The notes beneath the pieces are model-generated. The model searched no databases. It worked only from the letters and a program-made list of their open reading frames with translations, and had not been told where the DNA came from. Below, one piece after another: positions 48,549-57,318 of a stretch of DNA of 64,000 nucleotides. Positions within the stretch are counted from its first letter, which is position 1. Every line of letters begins with the position of its first letter. Source of the stretch: a virus (taxonomy: Duplodnaviria; Caudoviricetes); IMG/VR virus record IMGVR_UViG_3300022661_000051; one strand, 5' to 3'. The translations under genes were made by a program, and so were the position numbers.

Positions 48549-49592
48549 TCACTGCTGGTAATTCTCAGGCATGCAGTAATCAAATACGGTATTTGTGGTC
48601 GGCGAGAGTGCAACTACTGCACCTGCAGTGTTAGCGAACTCTCTGATTGCATTCGTATCAACGCGATTGATACGAACAACGAATTCAGCTCCAGCACAAG
48701 CAGTTGCATAATAGCACTCATATGAGTAACCCTTTCTCTGCTTGTAACCTTCTGAAGCTTCTGTTCCGTTAAAAATGTCCTTCACGAGCTTGTTAAGGTC
48801 GATATAGACATTCATGAAGCAGTTCTCGATTCTGCGTCCGGTTGCTGCTTCCTGGTTAACACATCTCACATCATGTGAGATGATACCCCAATCGATCTTG
48901 TTGATTGGAGTGTAAGCGTACTTACTAAGAGCTTCTTTAGCTTCGTTAGTAAATACTACAAAGCCGCTATTGCCGCCGGCAGCGTTCATATTACCGTTTG
49001 CAATATTAAGCTTGTTGATCTCTTCAAAGACGCTGTTTGAATTGTTGGCCTTACTGATAATGTGGTCAAGCGCAACAATCTTGTCCTTAAAGCCGTCTAC
49101 GGCTCTAATTTCAGAATTTGTCATATATCTGAAACGGAGCCAACAACCAACCTGATGGCGCTTTGCAGGTACACGATACTTATCAGCATATGCCTTCTCG
49201 ATTCCATTTGTTGAAACTTCGATTCTACAATCTACGAAGTCAACAAAAAGGGAGTTGAACATTTCGTTGATCAGAGTAGCAAGATGGCCCTGGCGAAAAA
49301 GCATATCGCCGGTCATCGTTGTAAATCTCTGAGGTTCCGTAACCTCGATAGTTGTTTTTGAATTTGTAGCCGCAGTATTATCTGCAGACTTTTCAGTTGA
49401 AGTTTCTTTATTTTCTTCAACTTCACATTCACAAGTTGCTGCGATTTCAGCAACTGTTCTTGTTGAAGATACTTCGCCGTTTTCCTCAACAATGTTATTA
49501 CCGGTTTCAGTTATTGTTGCAATTGAAGCCTTCATTGACTTCGCAAATTCGCCGATGTTTGTACCATCGTACACAATTTTTTCCTTTGCCAT
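48549..49592 (-). CDS. hypothetical early protein
   Basis: 347 aa; AGGAGG RBS; early promoter at 49658-49673. Confidence 0.8.
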   Translation of the reverse strand: MAKEKIVYDGTNIGEFAKSMKASIATITETGNNIVEENGEVSSTRTVAEIAATCECEVEENKETSTEKSADNTAATNSKTTIEVTEPQRFTTMTGDMLFRQGHLATLINEMFNSLFVDFVDCRIEVSTNGIEKAYADKYRVPAKRHQVGCWLRFRYMTNSEIRAVDGFKDKIVALDHIISKANNSNSVFEEINKLNIANGNMNAAGGNSGFVVFTNEAKEALSKYAYTPINKIDWGIISHDVRCVNQEAATGRRIENCFMNVYIDLNKLVKDIFNGTEASEGYKQRKGYSYECYYATACAGAEFVVRINRVDTNAIREFANTAGAVVALSPTTNTVFDYCMPENYQQ

Positions 49593-49657
49593 TTTAGAAA
49601 TCCTCCTGTTAGTTAAATATTTTTATTTAGAGAAGAAGTTATTTCTTCGTCTCTATT

Positions 49658-49673
49658 ACACTTATATAGTATA
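49658..49673 (-). promoter_or_regulatory. early-type phage promoter
   Basis: TATACTAT-ATAA-GTGT. Confidence 0.55.
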
Positions 49674-49681
49674 CAAGTGTT

Positions 49682-50662
49682 TTACTTTTTACCAAGCATA
49701 AAATCTACGACTTCCCTAGTCTCCGTATCAGTATCATAGTTTATGAGCGTAAGAGATGGTCCAGTCACGTAGAGCATTATATATGTGGTATCATCTGCAC
49801 GAGAAGTTAAGAATATATAATCCAACTTGACCAATGAAAGATCAATTGTTCGATCGTATTCATATAACTCGTATCGTGTAATAACATTCGTTATATTCGA
49901 ATGTTCATATATAGTCGTAAGAATACTTTCCGATAAAGAAGGATTTACTGGTTCTTCTTTATCATCAGGAATCGCGTAGTCTTTTAACGACTCTTCGATC
50001 AAAACACACTTCTCGTTGTTAGCGAGAAATATGTTATTATAAAGAATATTAGTCAGATCCTCGATCATATTGAACAATGTCTGTTTGAAATTGTACTGAT
50101 ATTTTTCGGGGATCTGTTCGAAACCTGTAACCTTGTCTATTTCTCCAACGATAAACAATGAAAGGAGATGTTTAATAAGGTAGAAAGGCTCGAAACGATG
50201 TATGTTAATAATGAAGGTTATTGGAGAGATAGAAAGCTCTTCTCCTTCATTAATAGCCATATAATCTTTCGAAACTATTGTCTCGAAATACACCGGAGCG
50301 TTACGAGTATCGAACGCTCTTATATTACAACACAATCTGTTATCCGATTTGGATTTTGTGACTGTGATATATATGTCCTGTTCATGAGAAATATCTTTCG
50401 TTACTCCTTTTACTGTAACGAATCTATACTCATTTTTTATATAGTAATCGTTGAATGGAATTTGTACTTGTCTTTGAACAAGTTCATCATTTTCATTTTT
50501 ATTAAGTTCAACGCATTTAAGTATTTTCTGTTTTGTTGAGCTTAAATACTTTGAAACGATGTAGAACAATCTATAGTTCTCATCGTCTATAAATTTATAT
50601 AAACACATACCAGTATTTATATCTTCATACTTGATCTTTGACGATTGTCGTTGTGATTTCAT
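49682..50662 (-). CDS. hypothetical early protein
   Basis: 326 aa; AAGGAG RBS; early promoter at 50687-50702. Confidence 0.8.
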   Translation of the reverse strand: MKSQRQSSKIKYEDINTGMCLYKFIDDENYRLFYIVSKYLSSTKQKILKCVELNKNENDELVQRQVQIPFNDYYIKNEYRFVTVKGVTKDISHEQDIYITVTKSKSDNRLCCNIRAFDTRNAPVYFETIVSKDYMAINEGEELSISPITFIINIHRFEPFYLIKHLLSLFIVGEIDKVTGFEQIPEKYQYNFKQTLFNMIEDLTNILYNNIFLANNEKCVLIEESLKDYAIPDDKEEPVNPSLSESILTTIYEHSNITNVITRYELYEYDRTIDLSLVKLDYIFLTSRADDTTYIMLYVTGPSLTLINYDTDTETREVVDFMLGKK

Positions 50663-50686
50663 TTAAAACACTCCTTATTATAAGTA

Positions 50687-50702
50687 TCGCTTTTATAATA
50701 TA
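50687..50702 (-). promoter_or_regulatory. early-type phage promoter
   Basis: TATATTAT-AAAA-GCGA. Confidence 0.55.
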
Positions 50703-50710
50703 CAAGCGTT

Positions 50711-51259
50711 TTAAGATTTATAATGATAATCTTTTCCGAGCTGATCTTCGGTCAGATTGAACTTGGAAGTTGTAGGATCGAGCTGTCCCTGATATCTTCC
50801 TCTGTACAGAAAGTCTACATCTCCTTCAGGAGCAGTAAAATGCACCTGAGCAATAAGCATATCTGGATATATCTTAACAGGTTCGATGACGAAAATTTCC
50901 AAAGTGTATGTTCCTTTGAAGCCGACGTCTCCAAATCCTGCTGTAGCGTGAATAGATAATCCAAGACGACCAACTGAACTTCTACCGTCAATACTTGATA
51001 TGAAGTGATCGCTACTGATTATCTCCTGTGTAGCTCCTATGTATAATTTTCCAGGAAGAAGGATCAAACCCTCTTCAGGAATCTCGATTGTTTCAAATTT
51101 GAGGTCTTTGCGGGAATCCAGAACAATTTCATTATATACCTTAAGTTTGTTTGCGAGTTTTACGTTATATGAATTAGGATTGAGCTGGTCAATATTAAAT
51201 GGATGTATTCCAAGACGACCAGCTTCTCTTTCTTTAAGAATCTGCGAAGCTGTCAACAT
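50711..51259 (-). CDS. dcd: dCTP deaminase (trimeric dUTPase superfamily; possibly bifunctional DCD-DUT)
   Basis: QLNPNSYNVKL, GRSSVGRLG, AGFGDVGFKGTYTLE, YRGRYQGQ. Confidence 0.85.
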   Translation of the reverse strand: MLTASQILKEREAGRLGIHPFNIDQLNPNSYNVKLANKLKVYNEIVLDSRKDLKFETIEIPEEGLILLPGKLYIGATQEIISSDHFISSIDGRSSVGRLGLSIHATAGFGDVGFKGTYTLEIFVIEPVKIYPDMLIAQVHFTAPEGDVDFLYRGRYQGQLDPTTSKFNLTEDQLGKDYHYKS

Positions 51260-51291
51260 AATTAATTCCTCCTATATAGGTATGATTAGAT

Positions 51292-51303
51292 TATATTATA
51301 GTT
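51292..51303 (-). promoter_or_regulatory. late/middle-type promoter (AACT variant)
   Basis: AACT-ATAATA-TA upstream of dcd. Confidence 0.5.
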
Positions 51304-51343
51304 ATTCATGTAATAAAATATTACTCAAACATTAATTCAATTG

Positions 51344-51359
51344 TATATTATAATGGTGA
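51344..51359 (+). promoter_or_regulatory. early-type phage promoter
   Basis: TATATTAT-AATG-GTGA. Confidence 0.65.
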
Positions 51360-51396
51360 ATAACATAAACCAATAATCTTTTTGGAGGTTGATATA

Positions 51397-52344
51397 ATGG
51401 ATAAAAAAGTAATCAAGGTGCACAAGCACAGACAGCTCTATAGCTATGATGTAGCTATAGATAAAGAGAGTTCAGAAGTATATACTGATCTCATTGCAGC
51501 AGTAAACAAATTCTATGAACTCTCAGAAAAGAAATTCCGTGAGTTCGTAGTAACTTACACCTATGGCGGAGCTCCTATAGGGGCTATGACTATAAGTAAA
51601 AATTATCAGACGTTCTTCAATCCTGAAATTGAGAAGAACAAATTCAACGGTACTGTCGATATTATCGGCAATGCCTGGTTTGTTCAAAAAGAACGAGAGC
51701 AGCCGGAAGATCCGACACCGAAAGAGGATGAGATCTTAGCTCATCTTCAAAAGAATGAAAGTGTCTATTTCGATAGATACAAAGAGCAGTTGAAAGACGG
51801 CAAATGGGATAAGTCATTTATCGATAAAAATGATCTTAAGGAATTTCAGGACGCTGAATGGAGAAAAATCATGAAGGCTGACGATCTGTTACCTAAGGAT
51901 CAAAAGTTGCCAATGACAACTAAAAACAAAATGTTGAACACGGCAACAAAAAACTTCATAGCAGAAAAAGCCACTGCTATGGGTGTTCACGAAGCTTGGT
52001 TTATTAATACGATAAGTGATGATGTAATAAAATCGCATATCGTGAAAATAAAACAGTCAGAGGTATCTGCAATGTACGGTCAGAAGTTCAGATACGTAGC
52101 AGATCCAGTAGCTCTGCAGAAAAAGAGAACTCAGCGTGCTTATAAGCTGAGCAGTAGATCTGTAGACGATGGATACTTAGCAAATAGACCGTATGATGAG
52201 TCTAAAGTCGACATCGTCAGATGTACCGAAAAAGCAATTCGCTATTTCGATATGATTGGCGAAAAGAAAAGAAACCGTCTGATCTCAACAAGAGATAATA
52301 TTGGGTTTAAGTATTATACATATAAACCCGCAGGACGGTATTAA
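51397..52344 (+). CDS. hypothetical early protein
   Basis: ATG 51397 after GGAGG; about 315 aa. Confidence 0.8.
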   Translation: MDKKVIKVHKHRQLYSYDVAIDKESSEVYTDLIAAVNKFYELSEKKFREFVVTYTYGGAPIGAMTISKNYQTFFNPEIEKNKFNGTVDIIGNAWFVQKEREQPEDPTPKEDEILAHLQKNESVYFDRYKEQLKDGKWDKSFIDKNDLKEFQDAEWRKIMKADDLLPKDQKLPMTTKNKMLNTATKNFIAEKATAMGVHEAWFINTISDDVIKSHIVKIKQSEVSAMYGQKFRYVADPVALQKKRTQRAYKLSSRSVDDGYLANRPYDESKVDIVRCTEKAIRYFDMIGEKKRNRLISTRDNIGFKYYTYKPAGRY

Positions 52345-52399
52345 TCATGAGAATCTTCTCGACGATTATGATGACAAAAAAGTCGAGAATGAATAAAAG

Positions 52400-52428
52400 A
52401 GGGAGGTCAAAGACCTCCCTTATTTTTT
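52400..52428. terminator. bidirectional terminator
   Basis: AGGGAGGTC-aaa-GACCTCCCT-TATTTTTT. Confidence 0.75.
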
Positions 52429-52429
52429 A

Positions 52430-55201
52430 TCACTTTAAGAAATTTAATAATGCTTTAGCTGAATACTTGAGGGTATTATGAGTAATCTTAACACTATGAT
52501 CCGAGAATGGTGTATTATGATAATACTCAGCAAAGTTGAATGCTTTATCGTACTTTGTTAAGTTAGAGAAGTTCTGTGTAAAGATATTCTTAGCCATTGC
52601 CCTATTACGAACCAACTCGTCATATCTTTCTTTTTTGATATTTTTCTTTGTCATTTCCTTCTCAATAGAATCTATCAGAAACCATAATCTTGCAAGTTCA
52701 TACTTTATTCCCTCAAGATCTGTAGCGTTTCGATAAGCTTCAAGAAGCTGTGCGGTTTTATCAATCTCATCACCATAATCGATATTACCCATACGACACT
52801 TATAGATAATGAGATTACCGTCCTCATCGAATTCTACGGGGAATTTCTTCTGTTCATTAACAAAAGTAAAAGATTCTGATACTTTATTATCAGATTTGTG
52901 CCATGTCATCTCCTGACGATCTTCATCAATGTCTTTAGATAATACAAATCCAAGTCGTTCATATAATGCGATAGCGCTTGTGTTTTTCTTATATACATTC
53001 AAAACTAACTTGTCGTTGTTTGATTGTAGAGTTTTGATAATATCAGTCCCTATACCTTTACCTCTATGCTTGTTTGTTATATAAATTTCATCGATAAATT
53101 TCGCATCATTCTTAGGATAAACAAGCAATGATCCAGCTTTATCTTTACCGACGTATATAACTTTATATTTTGAAAGTTGAGCTCTTGTTTCTCTGCTACA
53201 ATAGAAGTTTATATCTTCTAATAACTGAGGATTATTCTTTGGAGCATATTTTACAATAGTATCATATTTCCATTTATATAAGATAGAGATGTCGTCTTCT
53301 GTTGCATGTTTTAAGGTGTATCCCTTTCTATCTTCTGCGAAATATTTAAGATCCTGTAAAGCTTCAAGTATATTTTCATCATATACAGATTCGTTGATAC
53401 TTAATGTATCTTTGTTCTTCTTAAGAAATGAGATCTGTCTTTTAACTTTTACTCCATTATACTTAGGAGCTATACCATAGTATACTTCAAAGATCTTATT
53501 CGGTCTTGTCTTTGCTCCATTGTAAATATCGCTTGGAGCTGGGATTTGCTGATCTCCAACGAGATTTATATCGCCAGACTTTAATACAGTATCTACAAAT
53601 GTACTACAAACCTGCTGGTACTGATCATTGCTTGCTTTATGATTGATATGGAATATCTTATTTGCAAATATTCTAAGATCAAAGTTGGTCTTGTGATTCG
53701 CAAAGTCATAAACTGTTTTCTTAAGCTTAGTAACAACAGGCTTTTCTGCAAAGAATGCAAATACTGAAATTACATTATCTTTGAATGATGAAAGATTTTC
53801 TTTTATGAAGCCCCAGTTATTCTTACGCATATTGAATGAATAAACTTCATTCAGTTCAGGATCGAATGTTATACTAGCGTGTGAATACTCTGACTTGGTA
53901 ACAAACTTTATACCCTGTGATATAACAGGAGTTTTACCCTTTGTCAGAACTAAGAATACTGGTTCATAGGTATCGTCAACAGCTTCATTCAATTCTTCTT
54001 CAGAAAGTTCTGGAATTGAATCAAGCTTAATAAAATGATCGACTGGATAATTTGCCTGAATAAGACACTTTATTCTTGAGGATGCATATTTTCTGTTAAA
54101 CTCATAATCGATTTCTGGGTTCCATCCGAGCTCGAGAATAGATTGTTTTCTTGCTAATATCTTTTCCTTATCTCCAGATTCTTTAATCTTATCGTAGTCT
54201 GAATATAACTTTCTCATAGTAGCTACCCATTCTTTACGATAATCTTCGAATACATGATCTTTACACATATCTTTATAAGAATCAAACCACAAAGGAATAG
54301 ATATATCTCCAACAAGTTTATCATTATCAGGATGATCAGAGTATTTGTTATTGTTGCCATACACTCCAAGATCAATCATTTCTTCTGGAGTGAAGTATGG
54401 TGTATCTACAAATAAAGCATCTCTTCTTTTCGAAGACTCATTTAACTTCTTTCTATATCTATTTTCTGCACACTGAATAACAAATGAATTCTCACCTAAT
54501 GGAGATTTCTCAACAGTAGTTTCATCTGCAGAATTTAAAAGTTCAGATTTTAATTTATTATATCTCTCCTGATTAGAAATTCCATATAACTGACGAGATA
54601 CATCGTCAGATTTTCTCATTATTTCATTAGATTGAGATCTGAATTCGTTGTACTGTTTTTCGAGATCTTCAAGTTTCTCACCAGCAGTGTTACCGTTCAA
54701 TCCTGCAATTATATTATAATTAGACGTTTGGTCGTACATCTTAGCATAATCGTCTGCAGTTTCAGGGTATTGATCTTTTGGTTCTACAAGATTTATACGA
54801 TCAGATTCGTCAAGAGTAACAGCATCCGGTAATTCAATGGTATCGAACGTATGATCTTCGTAACCTTTAACATCATCCTTAATCAGATTTATAAGATGAG
54901 GTTCGATATCATCAGAAAAGTTATCTGTTTTAATCTTGTTTCGATTATTATCATTTCCAGCGAGCGAAGATGTCTTCTTTTCAAGTTTAGTCTTGATATC
55001 TTCATAATGCTGCTGATTAGTTTTATTCCATATTTCAATAGATTTATCATCGCTTAATCTTTGCTGTCTCGGTGTCATAAGAGACAAAAAATTATTCCAT
55101 TGCTGTTCGAGATCTTCTATATCATCTGTATCTTTGATGATGATATAATTTGTGTCTCTCATATAAGCATTCGCAAGGATATTTTTATAGTTATCCGACA
55201 T
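52430..55201 (-). CDS. multidomain late (putative virion) protein with permuted papain-like NlpC/P60 and GNAT acetyltransferase domains
   Basis: YSHASITFD...QVCSTFVDTVL (His before Cys); FIDEIYI..HRGKGIGT..LNVYKKNTSAIALYERLGF; late promoter at 55230-55241. Confidence 0.8.
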   Translation of the reverse strand: MSDNYKNILANAYMRDTNYIIIKDTDDIEDLEQQWNNFLSLMTPRQQRLSDDKSIEIWNKTNQQHYEDIKTKLEKKTSSLAGNDNNRNKIKTDNFSDDIEPHLINLIKDDVKGYEDHTFDTIELPDAVTLDESDRINLVEPKDQYPETADDYAKMYDQTSNYNIIAGLNGNTAGEKLEDLEKQYNEFRSQSNEIMRKSDDVSRQLYGISNQERYNKLKSELLNSADETTVEKSPLGENSFVIQCAENRYRKKLNESSKRRDALFVDTPYFTPEEMIDLGVYGNNNKYSDHPDNDKLVGDISIPLWFDSYKDMCKDHVFEDYRKEWVATMRKLYSDYDKIKESGDKEKILARKQSILELGWNPEIDYEFNRKYASSRIKCLIQANYPVDHFIKLDSIPELSEEELNEAVDDTYEPVFLVLTKGKTPVISQGIKFVTKSEYSHASITFDPELNEVYSFNMRKNNWGFIKENLSSFKDNVISVFAFFAEKPVVTKLKKTVYDFANHKTNFDLRIFANKIFHINHKASNDQYQQVCSTFVDTVLKSGDINLVGDQQIPAPSDIYNGAKTRPNKIFEVYYGIAPKYNGVKVKRQISFLKKNKDTLSINESVYDENILEALQDLKYFAEDRKGYTLKHATEDDISILYKWKYDTIVKYAPKNNPQLLEDINFYCSRETRAQLSKYKVIYVGKDKAGSLLVYPKNDAKFIDEIYITNKHRGKGIGTDIIKTLQSNNDKLVLNVYKKNTSAIALYERLGFVLSKDIDEDRQEMTWHKSDNKVSESFTFVNEQKKFPVEFDEDGNLIIYKCRMGNIDYGDEIDKTAQLLEAYRNATDLEGIKYELARLWFLIDSIEKEMTKKNIKKERYDELVRNRAMAKNIFTQNFSNLTKYDKAFNFAEYYHNTPFSDHSVKITHNTLKYSAKALLNFLK

Positions 55202-55229
55202 AAATGATTCTCCTTTCAGCGATTTGAAT

Positions 55230-55241
55230 TATTAAAATGTT
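55230..55241 (-). promoter_or_regulatory. late-type promoter
   Basis: AACA-TTTTAA-TA. Confidence 0.7.
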
Positions 55242-55278
55242 CCCGAAGTGGATTAATGAGAAAAAAGAAAGAGCCGAC

Positions 55279-55728
55279 TTAGTCGGCCCCTTCTATCTTC
55301 TTCTGGATAGCATTCTTGAAATCGAGAAATTCTTTTTCCTCGATATATCTATCGGGTAACAGAATTCCTTCTATTAAGCTTTTCAGCTCGTCTTTCGAAT
55401 TTGCAAAATGTAAATCTGAAAATTTACATTCAGGAATGTTGTTGATAAAAACAACATCATTTTCGATAAATATATTATCTTCATCTATATTTATCTTATT
55501 CTGACATATTTTCGTTCCAGAGGTGATAGACTCTGCAACGATAAATTTGTCATTAATTGGTTGAAACAATGGGAGTATCGATGGACATGTCATATGGGTC
55601 GGTGTAACGGTATCGATACCCGCTTTTAGGATAAGGACCACATCCACGAGACTCACCCTTGAGAGGACGATTATGTTTCTTGCTGTGTTGCGAGTAGCAA
55701 TCGCAATTTTATACATCGGCTTTTTCAT
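55279..55728 (-). CDS. hypothetical early protein
   Basis: 149 aa; AAGGAGG RBS; early-like promoter at 55785-55800. Confidence 0.75.
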   Translation of the reverse strand: MKKPMYKIAIATRNTARNIIVLSRVSLVDVVLILKAGIDTVTPTHMTCPSILPLFQPINDKFIVAESITSGTKICQNKINIDEDNIFIENDVVFINNIPECKFSDLHFANSKDELKSLIEGILLPDRYIEEKEFLDFKNAIQKKIEGAD

Positions 55729-55784
55729 AAGAGATTTCCTCCTTAAAAATATAAAAAGTAATAGACATGTATGTATTGCCTATT

Positions 55785-55800
55785 CTACTAAAATAATATA
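55785..55800 (-). promoter_or_regulatory. early-type phage promoter (weaker match)
   Basis: TATATTAT-TTTA-GTAG. Confidence 0.45.
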
Positions 55801-55831
55801 TAAATACAATTTTTAAAAATGACGGAAATGA

Positions 55832-55854
55832 CCGAGTAGCATAATGCTACTCGG
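55832..55854 (-). terminator. terminator hairpin closing the orphan transcript
   Basis: CCGAGTAGCA-taa-TGCTACTCGG. Confidence 0.7.
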
Positions 55855-56199
55855 ACAAATTTCATATATCATCATAAAAAGATAAAATTCGGCTTATCGT
55901 CGAGACGACTGTAGATTTACAGGTCTTCTCCCATAACTCTGTAAATCAAGCGTCTCAACGATATAGATTATGTTGTTCTCCCCAAAACAAGTAAGCCCAA
56001 CAAAATAAAGCCCTTGTTCTGGAGAACGCTGGAATGGACCGTAAAAATATTTCTCTCTTAGCATTAAGTAACGAATTTCAATAATACGAACGGTAAGCGC
56101 AAAAAAACGTTTTAGTGAAAGCGAAACCGAACTAATAATTCAAATCGTAAGATTCCAATCACGTCTGATTTATCAGAAGCTTTGAGCGATTATTTTTAC
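55855..56199 (-). ncRNA. candidate structured non-coding RNA of unknown class (~350 nt)
   Basis: Own late-type promoter and terminator, no ORF of 60 aa or more, several nested helices, one G.U pair that works only on the minus strand. Confidence 0.6.
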
Positions 56200-56210
56200 A
56201 TTATATTGTT
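56199..56210 (-). promoter_or_regulatory. late-type promoter of the candidate ncRNA
   Basis: AACA-ATATAA-TG; predicted +1 is G at 56199. Confidence 0.6.
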
Positions 56211-56226
56211 ATATAGTGTGTAATTA

Positions 56227-57318
56227 TTAATTACTACCATTGTTACCTTCAGTATAATAAATAGAATCGTGAACGGCTTCAAGATGTAAAGCGTATTTAC
56301 GAATCTCCTCCTGAGCATGTTCATCAGTTCTAAGAGCCAAGAATGAGATAAGAGAATCGAGACTAAATGTCATATAGATTCTCTTACATAATACATTAGA
56401 AGGTAAGAAGGCTCTTGCATCTTCCTTCTTAAATTTGGATTTAAGAAGCTGCGGATAAATAGACATAAGTTCTGCCGCAAGTTTATCCGGAGTCATATTA
56501 ACTTCCTTGCCGAAGATCTTGATATTGATTGTCTTGTCCTTGATAGAATCGGGTACATAGAAATCGTTACCGGTGTAGTTTACATAACGCTGAGACTCCT
56601 GTGTAATTCCGTTACGATGTCTTACAAGCTGATGAGTGGCAGTTCTTGACATATTCTTGAAGAGAACAGTAAATGGAAGCGTAGTTAATACTTCTGTAGG
56701 TGTAAATCCATATTTGAAAGCGAAATCGATCATTTCGTCCTTATATTCCTTTGAAGGGTATCCATATACTTTAATTTGTGGAGTTTCGATAAGATTCTGA
56801 GTTTCGTTTACATCTTTACAATCGTCTTCAGGACTTAAGATGACATCAACAAAACGATTCATATCGATTCTTCCGGTATGCTCAATACCACAATAGAATT
56901 CTTTTACTGTATGATCGTAAAGAAGAGACATAATATCAGTGAATATCTCGCCATCAAGATTCTCAACCTTTGCTACAAGATCAATAAATCCTCTTATAGA
57001 ACCGCCGATAAGAAGATTAAATGTATTGTCTTCATTCACAGTCATATAATGTCTCAAATACTGTGTTCCTGCGAAGATATCAGCGAGTTCAGGATACTGG
57101 CTTGTAGGTCTGTTAACAAGCATCATAGAGAGGTATCCGTGTTCGAGAACAGAACCGTGACCATGTTTTACTCTCTTAGAGATATACTCTTTCTTTTCTT
57201 CATAAGTAAGGTCTTTAGTGTTATCATAACATGCAGTACATGCTTCATAAATAATGCTAACCGCATCGTTATAATATAACATCATTGAGGATTCTTTGTT
57301 TGTGAATTCAAGTTTCAT
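56227..57318 (-). CDS. thyX: flavin-dependent thymidylate synthase ThyX (extended, partly duplicated)
   Basis: HGHGSVLEH, SRTATHQLVRHR..QESQRY, EDARAFLP, LRTDEHAQEEIR. Confidence 0.9.
   Translation of the reverse strand: MKLEFTNKESSMMLYYNDAVSIIYEACTACYDNTKDLTYEEKKEYISKRVKHGHGSVLEHGYLSMMLVNRPTSQYPELADIFAGTQYLRHYMTVNEDNTFNLLIGGSIRGFIDLVAKVENLDGEIFTDIMSLLYDHTVKEFYCGIEHTGRIDMNRFVDVILSPEDDCKDVNETQNLIETPQIKVYGYPSKEYKDEMIDFAFKYGFTPTEVLTTLPFTVLFKNMSRTATHQLVRHRNGITQESQRYVNYTGNDFYVPDSIKDKTINIKIFGKEVNMTPDKLAAELMSIYPQLLKSKFKKEDARAFLPSNVLCKRIYMTFSLDSLISFLALRTDEHAQEEIRKYALHLEAVHDSIYYTEGNNGSN

Noticed and set aside
55855-56199. tmRNA, RNase P, SRP or tRNA identity for the candidate ncRNA
   Set aside because: No tRNA-like acceptor or T-arm ends, no RNase P GAGGAAAGUCC-type element, no SRP helix-8 motif visible
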